This document shows positions 62,379 through 64,000 of a DNA stretch of 64,000 nucleotides, piece by piece. The DNA lies in assembly GCA_963675745.2 (NCBI GenBank), contig CAXXWX010000006.1:226183-290182 (forward strand). The letters run 5' to 3'. The first letter of the stretch is position 1, and each line of letters starts with the position of its first letter. The DNA comes from Phycisphaerae bacterium. GTDB taxonomy: Bacteria; Planctomycetota; Phycisphaerae; UBA1845; Fen-1342. The position numbers and the translations under genes were made by a program. Under the pieces are notes generated by a model. The model saw only the letters and a program-made list of their open reading frames with translations. It ran no database searches and was not told where the DNA came from.

Positions 62379-62945
62379 GTGATCGTGTCGGGACAGCTCG
62401 GACCGCTGTTTGACAGGAAGGACTACGCCGGCTTCTGGCGGCGATCACTGGCGCTGCTGATTGACCTGGTGTTGTGGAACGCGTTTGTCCTGGTCGAGAT
62501 GTTGGCTCTGGCCGGCTTGTACGTGCCGGAGTCTGCGGTGCCGGCGGTTGAGGCGGTTGCCTCCATGGTCGCCTTTCTCGTCCTCGTCGCCTACAACCTC
62601 GCGTTCCGCATGACGACGCGCGGCACGTTGGGCTATCGAATCGTCCGTATCGAATACCGTTTCGTGCTGGATCGCCCCGCGCCGGGCTACATGCGGGCAT
62701 ATCGTGCGTTTATCGCCGTGTGGCTGATGATGATCTTTGGGCTGGATCATCTGTGGATCCTCCTCGACCCGAAGAAGCAAGCCTGGCACGACAAGGTCAG
62801 CGGTTTCTACGTCGTCAAGCGCGGCGCGCAGCCGGTTGGGCGGCAACACGTCAGCCAGCGGGTCGTCAACTTCATGGGATTCACGTTCTTCGTCTGGGAC
62901 CCGACCGGTGAGCCCGAATCGGTATCCGCGACGGAAGAGGTGTGA
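62379..62945 (+). CDS. RDD family membrane protein
   Basis: YAGFWRRSLALLID, TLGYRIVRI, QAWHDKVSG. Confidence 0.85.
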   Translation: MIVSGQLGPLFDRKDYAGFWRRSLALLIDLVLWNAFVLVEMLALAGLYVPESAVPAVEAVASMVAFLVLVAYNLAFRMTTRGTLGYRIVRIEYRFVLDRPAPGYMRAYRAFIAVWLMMIFGLDHLWILLDPKKQAWHDKVSGFYVVKRGAQPVGRQHVSQRVVNFMGFTFFVWDPTGEPESVSATEEV

Positions 62946-63059
62946 GGGGTGACAATTCCGGTGTGCCGCGCTGCTACCCCTTGATCCGCCCATGTTGTAC
63001 CGCACAATGATGGGTGGCGCACAGCACTGAACTCGATACGCCATCCGGATACTGCGCAG

Positions 63060-64000
63060 ATGTTTCGCCAACACAACCAGCTCATGCTCTCGTTTCTGGT
63101 GCTCGCCGACGCGCTGGCCGTCACGTGCGCCTGGCTGGCGAGCTATTGGCTGCGATTCACGTTCCTGCACGTCGACCCGACCAAGGGCACGCCGGCCATC
63201 ACCGACGCTTTCCTGCCCATGCTGCCGTTCGTCGTCGTCGCCCACCTGGTGATCTTCTGGCGTATCGGGCTGTATCAGCCGCGGCGGATCAACTCGATCT
63301 GGGCCGAAATTCGCGACGTCTTCAAGGCCTTCGTTGTCGCCATCGTGGCGGTGGTCGTGATCGACTACGCCTTTCCCGCCTCCAGCAAAACGTCCCGGCG
63401 GTTCGTGCTCACGTACGCGATCACCGGCTCGACCTGCTTTGTCATGTTTCGCGTTACCGCCAGGTTGCTGCTGCGGACGTTGCGGCGACGGGGGCTCAAC
63501 CAGCGCACCGCGGCCATCATCGGCAGCGGGCGGACGGCGCAACGGCTGCTGCACGCCCTGCGCCGGCACACCTGGACGGGGATCGAAGTCGCCTACTTCG
63601 TGGACGATCGCCCGCGCACACAAACCGGCCGTCTGCGCGGCGTCCCCGTGCATGGACGCTCGATGCGTTCAGCGAGATCTTTGCGCGGCAACCCGTGGAC
63701 TCGGTGTTCATCGCCTTGCCCGGCGAGCAGGCCCAGCGCACCAACGCGCTGCTGCGCGACCTCGAAACCAGCATGTCCGACGTGCGCATCGTGCCCGAGA
63801 TGAATCCGTACTACGCCATGCGCCCCACCGTCGGCGAACTCGACGGCGTGCCAATCCTCTCGCTGCGCCAGACGCCGCTGCACGGCTGGAACGCCATCCT
63901 CAAACGCGGCTTCGATCTGACCATCGGCTCGCTTTGCCTCCTGGTGGCGGCCGTCCCGATGTTGCTGATCGCGGCGGCGATCAAGCTGACCAGCCCCGGG
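63060..64000 (+). CDS. Undecaprenyl-phosphate glucose phosphotransferase (WcaJ-like), 3' truncated; apparent frameshift near 63656
   Basis: Four TMs, AAIIGSG CoA-binding-like region; shifted frame continues LDAFSEIFARQPVDSVFIALP...LKRGFDL...IAAAIKLTSPG. Confidence 0.85.

Overview
GC-rich bacterial chromosomal window, most consistent with Planctomycetota/Phycisphaerae (inferred from secreted proteins ending in the GDxNCDGxVNNxDIDPFVLAL dockerin-like module and several PEP-CTERM genes). It holds about 50 CDSs, including coaX, an mnmE-like gene, nfo, maf, a sigma70, glgX, polX, purQ, yidC, trpC, asd-lysC-hom, a short hcp with a DNR/FNR box, BlaI/BlaR1 and a DUF6599-DUF362-4Fe4S cluster. One complete IS1380-family element has 16-bp IRs and a TTAG target duplication. 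No rRNA, tRNA or CRISPR array was seen. The most novel signal is non-coding: two tandem PEP-CTERM genes with unrelated mature domains share 18-bp-spacer sigma70 promoters, a ~230-nt 5' leader core with compensatory base changes (candidate new cis-regulatory RNA) and a near-identical 3' trailer. A palindromic TGAACCGGTTCA-type operator links a third PEP-CTERM gene, now cut off from its promoter by the IS, to a pair of secreted paralogs with an uncharacterised HxxxHRxES domain. Also present are GTAG-type REP hairpins (one in frame inside a gene), inverted heptamer arrays, and four apparent frameshifts that are probably assembly errors. All family calls come from motif recognition, not database searches.
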